Origin: Longimicrobiales bacterium
Lineage (GTDB): Bacteria; Gemmatimonadota; Gemmatimonadetes; Longimicrobiales; Gaopeijiaceae
NCBI GenBank assembly: GCA_965204735.1
Contig: OZ242008.1
Coordinates: 1,056,001 to 1,120,000 of the forward strand
Length of the DNA stretch: 64,000 bases
Direction: 5' to 3'
The notes under the pieces are model-generated. The model worked only from the letters and a program-made list of their open reading frames with translations. It searched no databases and was not told where the DNA came from. This document shows, piece after piece, positions 27,145 through 37,315 of the stretch (positions within the stretch are counted from its first letter, which is position 1; the number at the start of each line of letters is the position of its first letter). Both the position numbers and the translations under genes were made by a program.

Positions 27145-28457
27145 ATCGGAACCGCGCGCTGGCAGCCCTCCGGCGGCGTTCCCTCCTCGACCTGCGCGTA
27201 GGCGTCGTGCTCGTGGATCGACTCGAAGTTGACGACGTGCACGTGGAACCACGTCACCTGCGCCACGGCCCTTAGGCGAACGGTGATCTCGCGGACCAAG
27301 TCCTCCACGAAGCGGGGGTTGTCGTAGGCGCGCTCGGTGACCCACTTCTCGTCGGCGCGCTTGAGCACGGGGTAGAGGCCGCACGAGGCCGACTCCTCCA
27401 CCAGCTCGACGAGTTCCTCGATCCACAGCTCGCCCGTGAAGCGGGCCTGCAGCGAGACCAAGCCGCGCTGGTTGTGGGCGCCCCGGGCGCTGATCTCCCG
27501 GGAGCAAGGGCAGAGGGTGGCGACGGGCACCTTCACCGTGAGGACGAAGTCGTCCTCGGAACCGCTGGAGGCGTCGAAGGCGCAGTCGTACGAGACGAGG
27601 CCGGCTGCGCCCGTCACCGGCGCGCGCTTCTCCATGAAGTACGGAAAGGAAACGCGAAGGTGGGCGGTCTCGGCGTCGAGCCGCCGACGCATGGTGCGGA
27701 GGATTCCGGGGATCGCCTCCACCGAGACTTCGCCGTCGTGGGAGTTGAGGATCTCCATGAAGCGGCTCATGTGGGTGCCCTTGAAGTGATGGGGCAGGTC
27801 CACCGACATCTCGATCACTCCCACGGTGTGCTGAGCCGCCTTCCTCCGGTCGCGGACCGCGATGGGGAAGCGGATGTTCTTGACCCCGACCCTGGCGATG
27901 GGGACTTGGCGCCCGTCGGGGTTGGCCTGGACGTCGACGAGAGGGTCCGCGTCGCCGCGGGGCCTGGAGCCGCCCGGAACCGGACCGTCGTCGGGGGTCG
28001 AGCGGGCGCCGGGCGGCGTGCCGGCGTCGGGCGCCTTCAAGGGCCTTCCTCGGGTGAGCGCCGGCTCGGGCTCGGTTCGCCGCCGATCGTCGATCCGGCG
28101 CATCTTCTTCTCCACTGCGGCCGCCAAGTCGATCCCCCGGCTGTTGGCGAAGTTGAGCAGGGCGATGCACACGTCGGCGGCCTCGTCGGCGAGGTCGGCG
28201 GCGTCCACCTGCCGGCCCTTCCAGGCCTTCTTCTCCAGATTGGCCAGCTCGCCGGTCTCGCCGGCCAGCTCCAGCGCGAAGAAGCGGGGCGGGCGGCAGG
28301 GGAAGGCAGCCGCCTGATAGCGCCGAAACTCGCCTTGCAGGGCCCGGAGTCCGCCGTAGCCTCTGGGCAGGCGCGCTCGCGTTCCGGTCGCGTCCAGCGG
28401 GGAGGCGGCCGGCCGCCCGCCGTCGGAGCGTCTCGATGGGTCTTGAGTCGTGGACAA
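27141..28457 (-). CDS. folE2: MazG-like NTP pyrophosphohydrolase fused to GTP cyclohydrolase IB (FolE2)
   Basis: TTG 28457 with GGAGG RBS; N-domain LELAGETGELANLEKK...LADEAADV (ExxE...ExxD); C-domain KGTHMSRF, TLCPCS, GAHNQRG, KRADEKWVTE, NPRFVED, NFESIHEHDAYA. Confidence 0.88.
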   Translation of the reverse strand: MSTTQDPSRRSDGGRPAASPLDATGTRARLPRGYGGLRALQGEFRRYQAAAFPCRPPRFFALELAGETGELANLEKKAWKGRQVDAADLADEAADVCIALLNFANSRGIDLAAAVEKKMRRIDDRRRTEPEPALTRGRPLKAPDAGTPPGARSTPDDGPVPGGSRPRGDADPLVDVQANPDGRQVPIARVGVKNIRFPIAVRDRRKAAQHTVGVIEMSVDLPHHFKGTHMSRFMEILNSHDGEVSVEAIPGILRTMRRRLDAETAHLRVSFPYFMEKRAPVTGAAGLVSYDCAFDASSGSEDDFVLTVKVPVATLCPCSREISARGAHNQRGLVSLQARFTGELWIEELVELVEESASCGLYPVLKRADEKWVTERAYDNPRFVEDLVREITVRLRAVAQVTWFHVHVVNFESIHEHDAYAQVEEGTPPEGCQRAVPI

Positions 28458-28521
28458 GCCAGTCCTCCAAGTCCGGGTTGGATTCGTGAAAAACTCTAAC
28501 GGAGGGAGCATATTGTCGAAC

Positions 28522-29541
28522 ATGCGTTCTCCTCCCTCCTCCGCGCTCGCCGCCCGCGACGGCGCCTCGCTGGACCGGCTGCTGCGGGCCACCAGCCGCA
28601 CCTTCGCCCTGGGCATCGTCCTCCTGCCCCCTCCGCTGCGGACCCAGGTCCGCGTGGCCTACCTGGTGCTCCGGGTGTCGGACTACCTGGAGGACAACCG
28701 GGTCATGTCGCCGGCGGAGAAGGTGCGGATGTTGCGGCTGTGGCACGGGGTGCTCCACCGACGCGCGCCGGTGGAGGAGCTCGTCGCCGGACTCGACGAC
28801 CAGCCGGGCCAGGACCCGATCCCGGACCTGCTGGCGGCGCGCCAAGCAGGGGCGATCTTCGCGGAGCTGGACGCCGTGGACGGCCGTGCCAGGGCCGCGA
28901 TCGCCCGACACGCCGGCCGTTCGACGCTGGGAATGGCCAGATGGGTCCGCCGCGGCCCGCACTTCGAGGACGAGGCCGACCTGGACGACTACATGCACGA
29001 GGTGGCGGGTCGGGTCGGGCACCTCCTGACGGACCTCTTTGGGCAATGGTCTCCGCGGATCCGACGCCGCCGAGACGAGTTGATGCGGCTGGGGCGGGAG
29101 TTCGGCCTGGCCCTGCAGACCGTGAACGTGATCCGGGGCATGAGTTCCGACCGGCGCCGGGGGTGGATATTCGTGCCCCGGTCCTTCCTTCCGCCGGGGA
29201 TGGCGCCGGCGGCGCTCTTCGAGCCGGAGAACCGACCCGCCGCGATGGACGTGCTGGCCCGCCTCTCCGACAAGGCGGCCCGCCACTTGGAGGCTGCCGT
29301 GAAGTACGTGACCCTGCTGCCGAGGACCCACGCCAGGGTCCGACTCTTCTGCGAGCTCCCCCTCTTCTTCGGGGCGAGGACGCTGGCCGCCAGCCGGGGC
29401 AACCCGTCGGTGCTCACGGAAGAAGTGAAGATCGGCCGGCGGGACGTGCGGGCGATCGCCCGACGCGCCCGCGCGTTCGGGGGCTCCAACGCCTGGGTGC
29501 GCTGGTACGCCGGACGGCTGGGGGGGCCAAGCAATGGCTGA
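28522..29541 (+). CDS. Squalene/phytoene synthase family (head-to-head prenyltransferase)
   Basis: TSRTFALGI, AYLVLRVSDYLED, YMHEVAGRVG, FGLALQTVNVIR. Confidence 0.85.
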   Translation: MRSPPSSALAARDGASLDRLLRATSRTFALGIVLLPPPLRTQVRVAYLVLRVSDYLEDNRVMSPAEKVRMLRLWHGVLHRRAPVEELVAGLDDQPGQDPIPDLLAARQAGAIFAELDAVDGRARAAIARHAGRSTLGMARWVRRGPHFEDEADLDDYMHEVAGRVGHLLTDLFGQWSPRIRRRRDELMRLGREFGLALQTVNVIRGMSSDRRRGWIFVPRSFLPPGMAPAALFEPENRPAAMDVLARLSDKAARHLEAAVKYVTLLPRTHARVRLFCELPLFFGARTLAASRGNPSVLTEEVKIGRRDVRAIARRARAFGGSNAWVRWYAGRLGGPSNG

Positions 29542-30121
29542 CGGGGCCGCAGCGACGCCCCCGGGGGTCGAGCCGATCGCCGCCGGCGAGCTTCCGCCCG
29601 CCCGCATCGGCATCCTCGTCGTGTCCGACCGGGCGTTCCAGGGCGTGTACGAGGACCGAGGCGGCCCCGCCGTGCGCGCCTACTTGGAGCGGGTGCTGGC
29701 CAGCCCCTGGGAGGCCGTCGCCCGGGTCGTGCCCGACGAGGAGCCCGTGATCCGCGAGGCGCTCGCGGCGCTGGTGGACGCCGACGAGTGCTGCCTGGTG
29801 GTCACCACGGGCGGCACCGGCCCCGCCCCTCGGGACGTGACCCCCGAGGCCACCCTGGCCGTGATCGAACGGGAGCTCCCCGGCTTCGGCGAGGCGATGC
29901 GCACCGCCTCCCTGCGCGCCGTGCCCACCGCCGTGCTCTCCCGCCAGACGGCCGGCGTGCGCGGGCGGGCGCTGATCGTCAACCTCCCGGGCTCGCCGAA
30001 GGCGGTGCCCGAGTGCCTGGACGCCGTGTTCGCCGCCGTGCCGGACTGCGTGGACCTGATCGGCGGTCCCCGCCTGGAGACCGACCCGTCCCAAGTGGCG
30101 GCTTGGCGGCCCCACGACTGA
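29534..30121 (+). CDS. mog: Molybdopterin adenylyltransferase
   Basis: VSDRA..GVYEDRGG, TTGGTGPAPRDVTPEAT, PGFGEAMR, LSRQTAG, NLPGSPK. Confidence 0.93.
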   Translation: MADGAAATPPGVEPIAAGELPPARIGILVVSDRAFQGVYEDRGGPAVRAYLERVLASPWEAVARVVPDEEPVIREALAALVDADECCLVVTTGGTGPAPRDVTPEATLAVIERELPGFGEAMRTASLRAVPTAVLSRQTAGVRGRALIVNLPGSPKAVPECLDAVFAAVPDCVDLIGGPRLETDPSQVAAWRPHD

Positions 30122-30247
30122 AGTGGCGGCCCCGCGACCGAAGACGGCTTCTCGCGGCCCTCCGAGGCGCGCTTGCTTATATTTGGGCGGGCGAGCCCGA
30201 AGGGCGCGCGCCGATGGACTGCCGTACGTCCCTTGACGGAGTTGCGA

Positions 30248-31459
30248 GTGGCAAACGCGGCCACGACGCCTGTCGTTCTGAGCGGGGCCAGGACCCCAGT
30301 CGGTCGGTTTCTTGGCGGATTGAGTCCCATGTCGGCCCCCGAGCTGGGCGCCGTCGCCCTGCGGGAAGCGGTCTCCCGGGCGGGAGTCCCGGGGGCCGAG
30401 ATCGACGAAGTGATCATGGGGAACGTGGTGAGCGCCGGAGCGGGACAGGCGCCCGCCCGCCAAGCAGCCGTGAGCGGCGGGGTCCCCGCCCACGTGCCCG
30501 CCGTGACCGTCAACAAGGTGTGCGGATCGGGACTGAAGGCGGTCATGCTGGCCGCCCAGGCCGTGCGCGCCGGCGACGCCCGGCTGGTCGCGGCGGGCGG
30601 CTTCGAGTCCATGTCCAACGTCCCCCACTACCTCCGGGGCGTGCGGAGGGGAGTGAAGTTCGGCGACCAGACCGTGCAGGACGGGCTCGTCCACGACGGG
30701 CTCTGGTGTTCCTTCGGAATGTGCCACATGGGCGGCCACGCCGAGTACACCGCCGCCAAGGCGGGCGTCGCCCGGGAGGACGCCGACGCCTTCGCCCTTG
30801 CGTCCCACCAGAAGGCGACGGCCGCCATCGACGGCGGCGCGTTCGGCGAGGAGGTGGTTCCCGTGACCGTGGCCGGGCGCCGGGGCGTCCGCGAGGTGAG
30901 CGTCGACGAGTGCCCGCGCCGGGACACTTCCATGGAAGCCTTGGCCAAGCTGCGCCCGGCGTTCCCCAAGGACGCTCCCAAGGGCCTGAACGACCTGGTG
31001 GTGACCGCCGGCAACGCCCCGGGACTGAACGACGGCGCCGCCGCGGTGGTGGTGGCCAGCCGGGAGTACGCCGAGGTCCACGGGCTGGCCTGCCAAGCGG
31101 TGATCACCGGATACGCCGCGGCGGGCACCGAGCCCCGGGACCTCTTCTTCGCCCCCGTCCGCGCGGTCCGCGCCCTCATGGAACGCGAGGGGACCGAGAT
31201 CGGCGACTACGGACTGGCCGAGGTGAACGAGGCGTTCGCGGTCCAGGCGGTGGCCGACATGCGGGAGCTGCGGATGGACCCGGACCGGGTCAACGTCCAC
31301 GGCGGCGCGGTGGCCCTGGGCCATCCCATCGGCGCGTCGGGCGCCAGAATACTGGTGACGCTCCTGGCCGCCATGGCCCAGCGGGACGTCGAGAAGGGAG
31401 TGGCCACCCTGTGCCTCGGCGGGGGTTCCGCCGTCGCCTTGGCCGTAGAGCGGGAGTAG
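30248..31459 (+). CDS. Acetyl-CoA C-acetyltransferase (thiolase)
   Basis: NKVCGSG, TAGNAPGLNDGAAA, NEAFA, GHPIGASG, LCLGGG. Confidence 0.95.
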   Translation: MANAATTPVVLSGARTPVGRFLGGLSPMSAPELGAVALREAVSRAGVPGAEIDEVIMGNVVSAGAGQAPARQAAVSGGVPAHVPAVTVNKVCGSGLKAVMLAAQAVRAGDARLVAAGGFESMSNVPHYLRGVRRGVKFGDQTVQDGLVHDGLWCSFGMCHMGGHAEYTAAKAGVAREDADAFALASHQKATAAIDGGAFGEEVVPVTVAGRRGVREVSVDECPRRDTSMEALAKLRPAFPKDAPKGLNDLVVTAGNAPGLNDGAAAVVVASREYAEVHGLACQAVITGYAAAGTEPRDLFFAPVRAVRALMEREGTEIGDYGLAEVNEAFAVQAVADMRELRMDPDRVNVHGGAVALGHPIGASGARILVTLLAAMAQRDVEKGVATLCLGGGSAVALAVERE

Positions 31460-31465
31460 ACCGAA

Positions 31466-32173
31466 ATGAATGCGAGAGCCGGAGCCCATCTCCCTGCCGT
31501 CGCCCTTCTCCGGCAGGCGGCGCACGCGGCCGCCTCGGCCGTGCCTCGGCCCGTCGCGCTTTCGGCCGGGGTCCTCCTCGTCGCGGCCGCGACCGCCTTG
31601 GGCGCGCGAGTGGCCGTGCCCCTGGGGTTCACGCCGGTCCCCATGACCCTCCAGACCCTGGTCGTTCTCCTTGCGGGCGCCCTGCTGGGTCCCGGCCGGG
31701 GCGCCGCGTCCCAGCTGGCGTACCTGGGCCTGGGCGCGGCGGGCGCCCCCGTCTTCGCCGCCGGGGGCACGGGCCTGCCGTGGCTCCTGGGGCCGACGGG
31801 AGGATACCTGCTGGCGTTCCCCCTGGCCGCCGCGGCCGTCGGCTGGATCGGCGGACCCGGGCGCGGAGCCCTGCGCTCGGCGGCGGGCTTGGCCGTCGGC
31901 ACGGCAACCGTCTTCGCGCTGGGGGCGGCGTGGCTGGCGGCGGCGACGGGCGCCGGCCCCCGAGAGGCCTTCGCGCTCGGGGTGCAGCCCTTCCTCGCCG
32001 GCGCCGCGATCAAGGGCGCGGTCGCCTTCGTGGTCGTTCGGCGGCTGACGGGCCTCCGCCGCAAGGCCGACGCGCGGGGACCGGAGGATGTCCGCGGTCC
32101 GGGCGACCACGGTCCCGGAGGCGGCCGGCGTTCCGGCGCCTCCGGTCCCTCCGACGGCAGGTCCGGACCCTGA
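31466..32173 (+). CDS. bioY: Biotin transporter BioY
   Basis: TPVPMTLQT, G.PVFA.G, GPTGGYLLAF; hydrophobic throughout. Confidence 0.9.
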   Translation: MNARAGAHLPAVALLRQAAHAAASAVPRPVALSAGVLLVAAATALGARVAVPLGFTPVPMTLQTLVVLLAGALLGPGRGAASQLAYLGLGAAGAPVFAAGGTGLPWLLGPTGGYLLAFPLAAAAVGWIGGPGRGALRSAAGLAVGTATVFALGAAWLAAATGAGPREAFALGVQPFLAGAAIKGAVAFVVVRRLTGLRRKADARGPEDVRGPGDHGPGGGRRSGASGPSDGRSGP

Positions 32174-33111
32174 GTCCCTCGCCGAGCCCTGGGGATGGGG
32201 ACGCGGCGCTCGCCGCGCGCGCGGCCGGAGCGGACGCGGTTGCGGCCGGCGCCGCGCGCGTCGCCGTGGTGGGGGCCGGCGTCATGGGAAACGGCATCGC
32301 CCACGTGTGCGCCCTTTCGGGCTTCGCCACGGCGTTGGTGGACGTGGATCCCGAAGCGCTCGACCGGGCGGTCGGCGCCGTTTCCCGCAACCTGCGCCGG
32401 CAGGTCGCCAAGGGAACGATCTCCGAGGACGACGGAGAGGCCGCGCTGAAGAGGATCGAGCCGTCCACGGCCATGGACGCCGTCGCTGCGGCAAGCGTGG
32501 TGGTCGAGGCAGTCCCCGAGCGGCCCGCCCTGAAGCACAAGGTGTTCGAGGAGCTGGACCGGCTGGCGTCGGCCGACGCGATCCTCGCTTCCAACACGTC
32601 GTCAATCTCGATCACCGCGATCGGCGCCCGGACGAAACGCCCGGAGCAGGTCGTGGGAATGCACTTCATGAACCCCGTCCCGGTCATGAAGCTGGTCGAG
32701 GTCGTCCGCGGACTCGCGACCAGCGACGCGACGGCCCGCGCAGTCGTGGAACTCTCCCGAGCGCTGGGCAAGACCCCCGTCGAGGTGCGGGACTTCCCCG
32801 GCTTCGTCTCCAACCGAGTGCTGGCGCCGATGATCAACGAGGCCGTCTTCGCCCTCATGGAGGGGGTGGCGACGGCCGAGGCCATCGACTCCGTCATGAC
32901 GCTGGGGATGAACCACCCGATCGGGCCCCTCGCGCTGGCGGACCTGATCGGCCTGGACACGTGCCTGAGCATCCTCCAGGTCCTGCACGCCGAGCTGGGC
33001 GACGGCCGCTGCCGCCCCTGCCCCCTCTTGCGCCAGTACGTGGCCGCAGGGTGGCTGGGCCGCAAGACCGGTCGGGGCTTCTACCGCTACGACGGCGGGC
33101 GAGCCCGGTGA
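32170..33111 (+). CDS. hbd: 3-hydroxybutyryl/3-hydroxyacyl-CoA dehydrogenase
   Basis: VVGAGVMGNGIA, EAVPE, SNTSS, GMHFMNP, PGFVSNR, GPLALADLIGLD, GRKTGRGFY; no canonical in-frame start before the Rossmann motif (see findings). Confidence 0.9.
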   Translation: MSPSPSPGDGDAALAARAAGADAVAAGAARVAVVGAGVMGNGIAHVCALSGFATALVDVDPEALDRAVGAVSRNLRRQVAKGTISEDDGEAALKRIEPSTAMDAVAAASVVVEAVPERPALKHKVFEELDRLASADAILASNTSSISITAIGARTKRPEQVVGMHFMNPVPVMKLVEVVRGLATSDATARAVVELSRALGKTPVEVRDFPGFVSNRVLAPMINEAVFALMEGVATAEAIDSVMTLGMNHPIGPLALADLIGLDTCLSILQVLHAELGDGRCRPCPLLRQYVAAGWLGRKTGRGFYRYDGGRAR

Positions 33112-34334
33112 CGGCCCTCGCCGACGAGCGGAGGGAGATCCGGGGGCTGGCCCGGGAGTTCGCCGAAGCGGAGATCGCGCCGCGGGCCGCGGCATGGGAC
33201 CGAGACGGCGCCTACGGTCGGGACGTGCTGGAGAAGCTCGGCGAGCTGGGCTTTCTGGGGATGCTGGTCCCGGAGGAGTACGGCGGCCTGGGCCTGGACG
33301 CGAGCACCTACCTCGCCGCCTTGGAGGAGCTGGCCAGGGGCGACGCCTCGGTGGCCCTGGCGGTGTCGATTCACAACGGTCCCGTCGCCCGTCTCCTCAT
33401 GGCCCACGGCAGCGCCGCGCAGAAGTCCCGATGGCTTCCCGCCCTGGCGTCGGGAGAGAAGATCGGCGGCTTCGCCCTGTCGGAGCCGGACGCCGGCAGC
33501 GACCCGGGCGGCTTGGCCACGGAAGCCCGCAGGACCGCCGACGGGTGGACCATGAGCGGCGTCAAGCGTTGGGTGACCAACGGCGGGCGCGCCGACGTGG
33601 TCTGCGTCTTCGCGAGGACGGACGAAGGCGGCGACGGCTCGTCCACGGACCCCGATGCGTCCCCAAGCCCGCGGACCGACGCCGACTCGCGCGCCGCGCC
33701 GATCGGGGCCTTCCTCGTGGAGACGGACGCCGAAGGCTACCGGCCCGGCCGCCGGGAAAAGACGATGGGACTCCGGGCGTCCGAGACCGTGGAGGTGGCG
33801 CTGGACCGGGTTCGCCTGGAACCGGACCGCCTTGTGGGAAGCCGAGCGAAGGGGCTGGGCCACGCCCTCGGCGCCATCGACCTGGGCCGGCTCGGGATCG
33901 CGGCGCAGGCCGTCGGAATCGCCCAGGCCGCCTTGGAGCACGCGGCGTCGTACGCGGGGCAGCGGCGCCAGTTCGGCCGTCCCATCGCGGCGTTCGGGGC
34001 GGTTCGCAGCAAGCTGGCGGTCATGGCCACCCGCATCGCCGCCTCCCGCGCCCTGCTCATGGAGGCGGCCCGAGCCTGGGAGAGTTCTCCGCCGGGGCCG
34101 TCGGCCGCGCTCTGGCCCGCGATGGCCAAGCTTCAGGCCAGCGAGACGGCTGCGTGGGTCACCGACCAAGCCGTGAACGTGCTGGGCGGGTGCGGCTTCA
34201 TGAGGGAGTTTCCCGTCGAACGGCTCATGCGGGACGCGAAGGCCACCGAGATATACGAAGGGACCAGCGAGATCCTCCGCATGGTGATCGGACGGTCCGT
34301 CACGGACAAAGGAAGGCAAGCATGGCAGTCATGA
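33108..34334 (+). CDS. Acyl-CoA dehydrogenase
   Basis: [51 protein letters not shown]. Confidence 0.93.
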   Translation: MTALADERREIRGLAREFAEAEIAPRAAAWDRDGAYGRDVLEKLGELGFLGMLVPEEYGGLGLDASTYLAALEELARGDASVALAVSIHNGPVARLLMAHGSAAQKSRWLPALASGEKIGGFALSEPDAGSDPGGLATEARRTADGWTMSGVKRWVTNGGRADVVCVFARTDEGGDGSSTDPDASPSPRTDADSRAAPIGAFLVETDAEGYRPGRREKTMGLRASETVEVALDRVRLEPDRLVGSRAKGLGHALGAIDLGRLGIAAQAVGIAQAALEHAASYAGQRRQFGRPIAAFGAVRSKLAVMATRIAASRALLMEAARAWESSPPGPSAALWPAMAKLQASETAAWVTDQAVNVLGGCGFMREFPVERLMRDAKATEIYEGTSEILRMVIGRSVTDKGRQAWQS

Positions 34335-35467
34335 CGGTTGTTGCGGACGCCGAGGCGGCGGACGCTTCCACGAAGGCGGGGTTCCGCAGCCGGATGGGCG
34401 TCTTCGACATGATGGCGCGCCGCCGCCACGAGCAGGTCGCGTTCTGGAGCGATCCGGAGTCGGGCTACAAGGGCATCATCGCCGTCCACGACACGACGTT
34501 GGGTCCGGCGCTGGGCGGAACTCGCTTCTGGAACTACGGCAGCGAGGAAGAGGCGCTCGTCGACGCCCTGCGGCTCTCCCGGGGCATGACCTACAAGGCC
34601 GCCATCACGGGCCTGGACCTGGGCGGCGGCAAGTCGGTGATCGTGGGCGACAACCGAACCCCCGCCCGCGAGGCGATCTTTCGAGCCCACGGGCGGGCCG
34701 TCAACGCCCTGGGAGGCCGATACGTCACCGCAGAGGACGTGGGCACTTCGGTTCACGACATGGAGTTCGTCCGTCGCGAGACCGACCACGTGGTGGGACT
34801 GCTGGGCCGTTCGGGGGACCCGTCGCCCGTCACCGCCTACGGCGTCTACGTGGGGATCAAGGCGTGCGCCAAGGAGCGCTGGGGAGACGACTCCCTGGGC
34901 GGCAGGCACGTGGCCGTGCAGGGCCTGGGCAATGTCGGGCTCAACTTGTGCCGGTACTTGGCCGAGGAAGGCGCCCGGCTCACCGTCGCCGACATCCGCC
35001 CGGAGCGGGTCTCGCGGGCGACGGCCGAACTGCCCGATACCAGCTCGGCGCCGCCCGCCGACATCTACGGCGTGGACGCGGACGTGTTCGCTCCCTGCGC
35101 CCTGGGCGCCGTGATCAACGACGACACGCTGAAGGTCCTGCGGGCCGGCGTCGTTGCGGGAGCAGCCAACAACCAGCTGGCGGACGGTCGCCACGGCGAG
35201 GAGGTGCACCGCCGGGGAATCGTCTTCGCCCCCGACTACGTGATCAACGCCGGCGGGCTGATCAACGTCTACGGCGAGATCAAGGGATGGGACCGGGAGC
35301 GGGGCAAGCGGCAGGCCGGCTCGATCTACGACACCCTCCTGCGCATCTTCCGCCTGTCCCGAGAGGAGAACGTGCCCACCAACGTGGCCGCCGACAGGGT
35401 CGCGCTGGAGCGCCTGGGCGAAGCCCGAGCGGCGCGGGGCGCCGGCGTGCGGGGCAACGGGACGTAG
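34322..35467 (+). CDS. ldh: Leucine dehydrogenase (Glu/Leu/Phe/Val dehydrogenase)
   Basis: [60 protein letters not shown]. Confidence 0.92.
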   Translation: MAVMTVVADAEAADASTKAGFRSRMGVFDMMARRRHEQVAFWSDPESGYKGIIAVHDTTLGPALGGTRFWNYGSEEEALVDALRLSRGMTYKAAITGLDLGGGKSVIVGDNRTPAREAIFRAHGRAVNALGGRYVTAEDVGTSVHDMEFVRRETDHVVGLLGRSGDPSPVTAYGVYVGIKACAKERWGDDSLGGRHVAVQGLGNVGLNLCRYLAEEGARLTVADIRPERVSRATAELPDTSSAPPADIYGVDADVFAPCALGAVINDDTLKVLRAGVVAGAANNQLADGRHGEEVHRRGIVFAPDYVINAGGLINVYGEIKGWDRERGKRQAGSIYDTLLRIFRLSREENVPTNVAADRVALERLGEARAARGAGVRGNGT

Positions 35468-35478
35468 GTCGCCAAGTC

Positions 35479-36774
35479 ATGGACGACCTTGCCCGGTGCG
35501 ACCCCCAGGTCCACCGCGCCGTCGCCGGCGAGACGGCGCGCCAGCTGACTCACCTGGAGATGATCGCCAGCGAGAACTTCGTGTCGCCCGCGGTTCGCGA
35601 GGTCACGGGCAGCGTGTTCACCCACAAGTACGCCGAGGGCGTCCCCGGTCGGCGCTACTACGGCGGCTGCGAGTTCGCCGACCAGGCGGAGGAGCTGGCT
35701 CGCGCCCGCGCCACCGCCCTCTTCGCCGCCGACCACGCCAACGTCCAGCCCCACTCCGGCGCCCAGGCCAACATGGCCGGCTACTTCGCGTTCCTCGACC
35801 CCGGCGACCGCATCCTGGGAATGAACCTGAGCCACGGCGGCCACCTCACCCACGGCTCGCCGGTCAACTTCAGCGGCCGATACTTCGACGTGACTGCCTA
35901 CGGGGTGCGGGAGTCCGACGGCCGACTGGACTACGACGCGGTCCGGGACGCGGCCCTGCGCACCCGCCCCAAGATGATCGTCGCCGGCGCGTCGGCCTAC
36001 CCGAGGATCATCGACTTCGCGGCCTTCGGCGAGATCGCCCGCGAGGCGTGCGCGACGCTGCTGGTGGACATGGCCCACGTCGCCGGGCTCGTGGCCGGGG
36101 GGCATCACCCTACTCCGGTCCCCCACGCCGACGTGGTCACCACGACCACCCACAAGACCTTGCGGGGGCCGCGGGGCGGCATGATCCTTTGCCGCGCCGA
36201 GCACGCGAAGTCGATCGACAAGATGGTCTTCCCCTGCATCCAGGGCGGACCGTTGCTCCACGTGATCGCAGCCAAGGCGGTGGCGCTGGGCGAGGCGCTC
36301 GCTCCCGGCTTCGGCGAGTACGGGCGCCGGGTGGTGGAGAACGCCCGCGTGCTGGCCGACGCCCTGCTGGAGAGAGGCGTGCGGCTGGTGTCCGGCGGCA
36401 CCGACACCCACCTCCTTCTGGTGGACCTCGGCGACGCCGACCTGACCGGCAAGGACGCCGAAGAGGCGCTGGGCCGGGCGGGGATCGCCGTCAACAAGAA
36501 CACGGTGCCGGGCGAGACCCGGTCTCCCTTCGTCGCTTCGGGCCTCCGGATCGGCACCCCCGCCCTCACGACCCGGGGAATGGGACCCGACGAGATGCGG
36601 AGGGTGGGAGGCTGGATCGCCGACGTGATCGAGAACGCGACCAGCGAGACCGTCGTCGCCCTCACCCGCCGGAAGGTCGAGGATCTCTGCCGCGCGTTCC
36701 CTCTCTTCCGGCCCGACTCGGCAGGCGGCGCCGTCGCCGGCGCGACCAGCGGCGCCGACTTGGCGGAGGCGTAG
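35479..36774 (+). CDS. glyA: Serine hydroxymethyltransferase
   Basis: [42 protein letters not shown]. Confidence 0.97.
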   Translation: MDDLARCDPQVHRAVAGETARQLTHLEMIASENFVSPAVREVTGSVFTHKYAEGVPGRRYYGGCEFADQAEELARARATALFAADHANVQPHSGAQANMAGYFAFLDPGDRILGMNLSHGGHLTHGSPVNFSGRYFDVTAYGVRESDGRLDYDAVRDAALRTRPKMIVAGASAYPRIIDFAAFGEIAREACATLLVDMAHVAGLVAGGHHPTPVPHADVVTTTTHKTLRGPRGGMILCRAEHAKSIDKMVFPCIQGGPLLHVIAAKAVALGEALAPGFGEYGRRVVENARVLADALLERGVRLVSGGTDTHLLLVDLGDADLTGKDAEEALGRAGIAVNKNTVPGETRSPFVASGLRIGTPALTTRGMGPDEMRRVGGWIADVIENATSETVVALTRRKVEDLCRAFPLFRPDSAGGAVAGATSGADLAEA

Positions 36775-36796
36775 CGCGGGTGCAAGATTGACGTCC

Positions 36797-37204
36797 ATGA
36801 GCGTTCCCAACTCGGGCAAGGAAACCCTGGCCAAGCTGCGGCAGCGGAACCCCCGGTTCCACGGCCGCGCCTACGCCTTCGTGCTCGAGGCGCTCCACGC
36901 GGTGATCGAGGGGATGGACGAGCGGCGCCACATCTCCGGCGAAGAGCTGGCGGAGGGCGTGCGGGGCTTGGCGATGGAGCGCTTCGGCCCCACGGCCCGC
37001 ATCGTCCTGGAGCATTGGGGGGTTCACTCCACCGAAGACCTGGGCGACATCGTGTTCGCGCTGGTGGAGATCGGCGTCCTCGTGAAGCAGGACGACGACA
37101 AGCCCGAGGACTTCCGCGACCTCTTCGACTTCGAGGAGGTGTTCGAGCGCGACTACCCCTGGACGGCCGGACCGTGGACGGTGGCGTCGCAGGCGGGCGA
37201 GTGA
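36797..37204 (+). CDS. Minf_1886-like conserved hypothetical protein
   Basis: PRFHGRAYAFVLEAL...RHISGEEL...FGPTARIVLEHWGVHSTEDLGDIVF. Confidence 0.75.
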   Translation: MSVPNSGKETLAKLRQRNPRFHGRAYAFVLEALHAVIEGMDERRHISGEELAEGVRGLAMERFGPTARIVLEHWGVHSTEDLGDIVFALVEIGVLVKQDDDKPEDFRDLFDFEEVFERDYPWTAGPWTVASQAGE

Positions 37205-37315
37205 TAGCTTTAGCTTGTCCATTCCAAGCGGTCCGAAGCGCCAACGGGCCGAGTCGCGAACTTGCCGAAGCAGCGGCCGCTTCCACGGCCCTCTCGGCCG
37301 ACCATTGGCGGGGGG

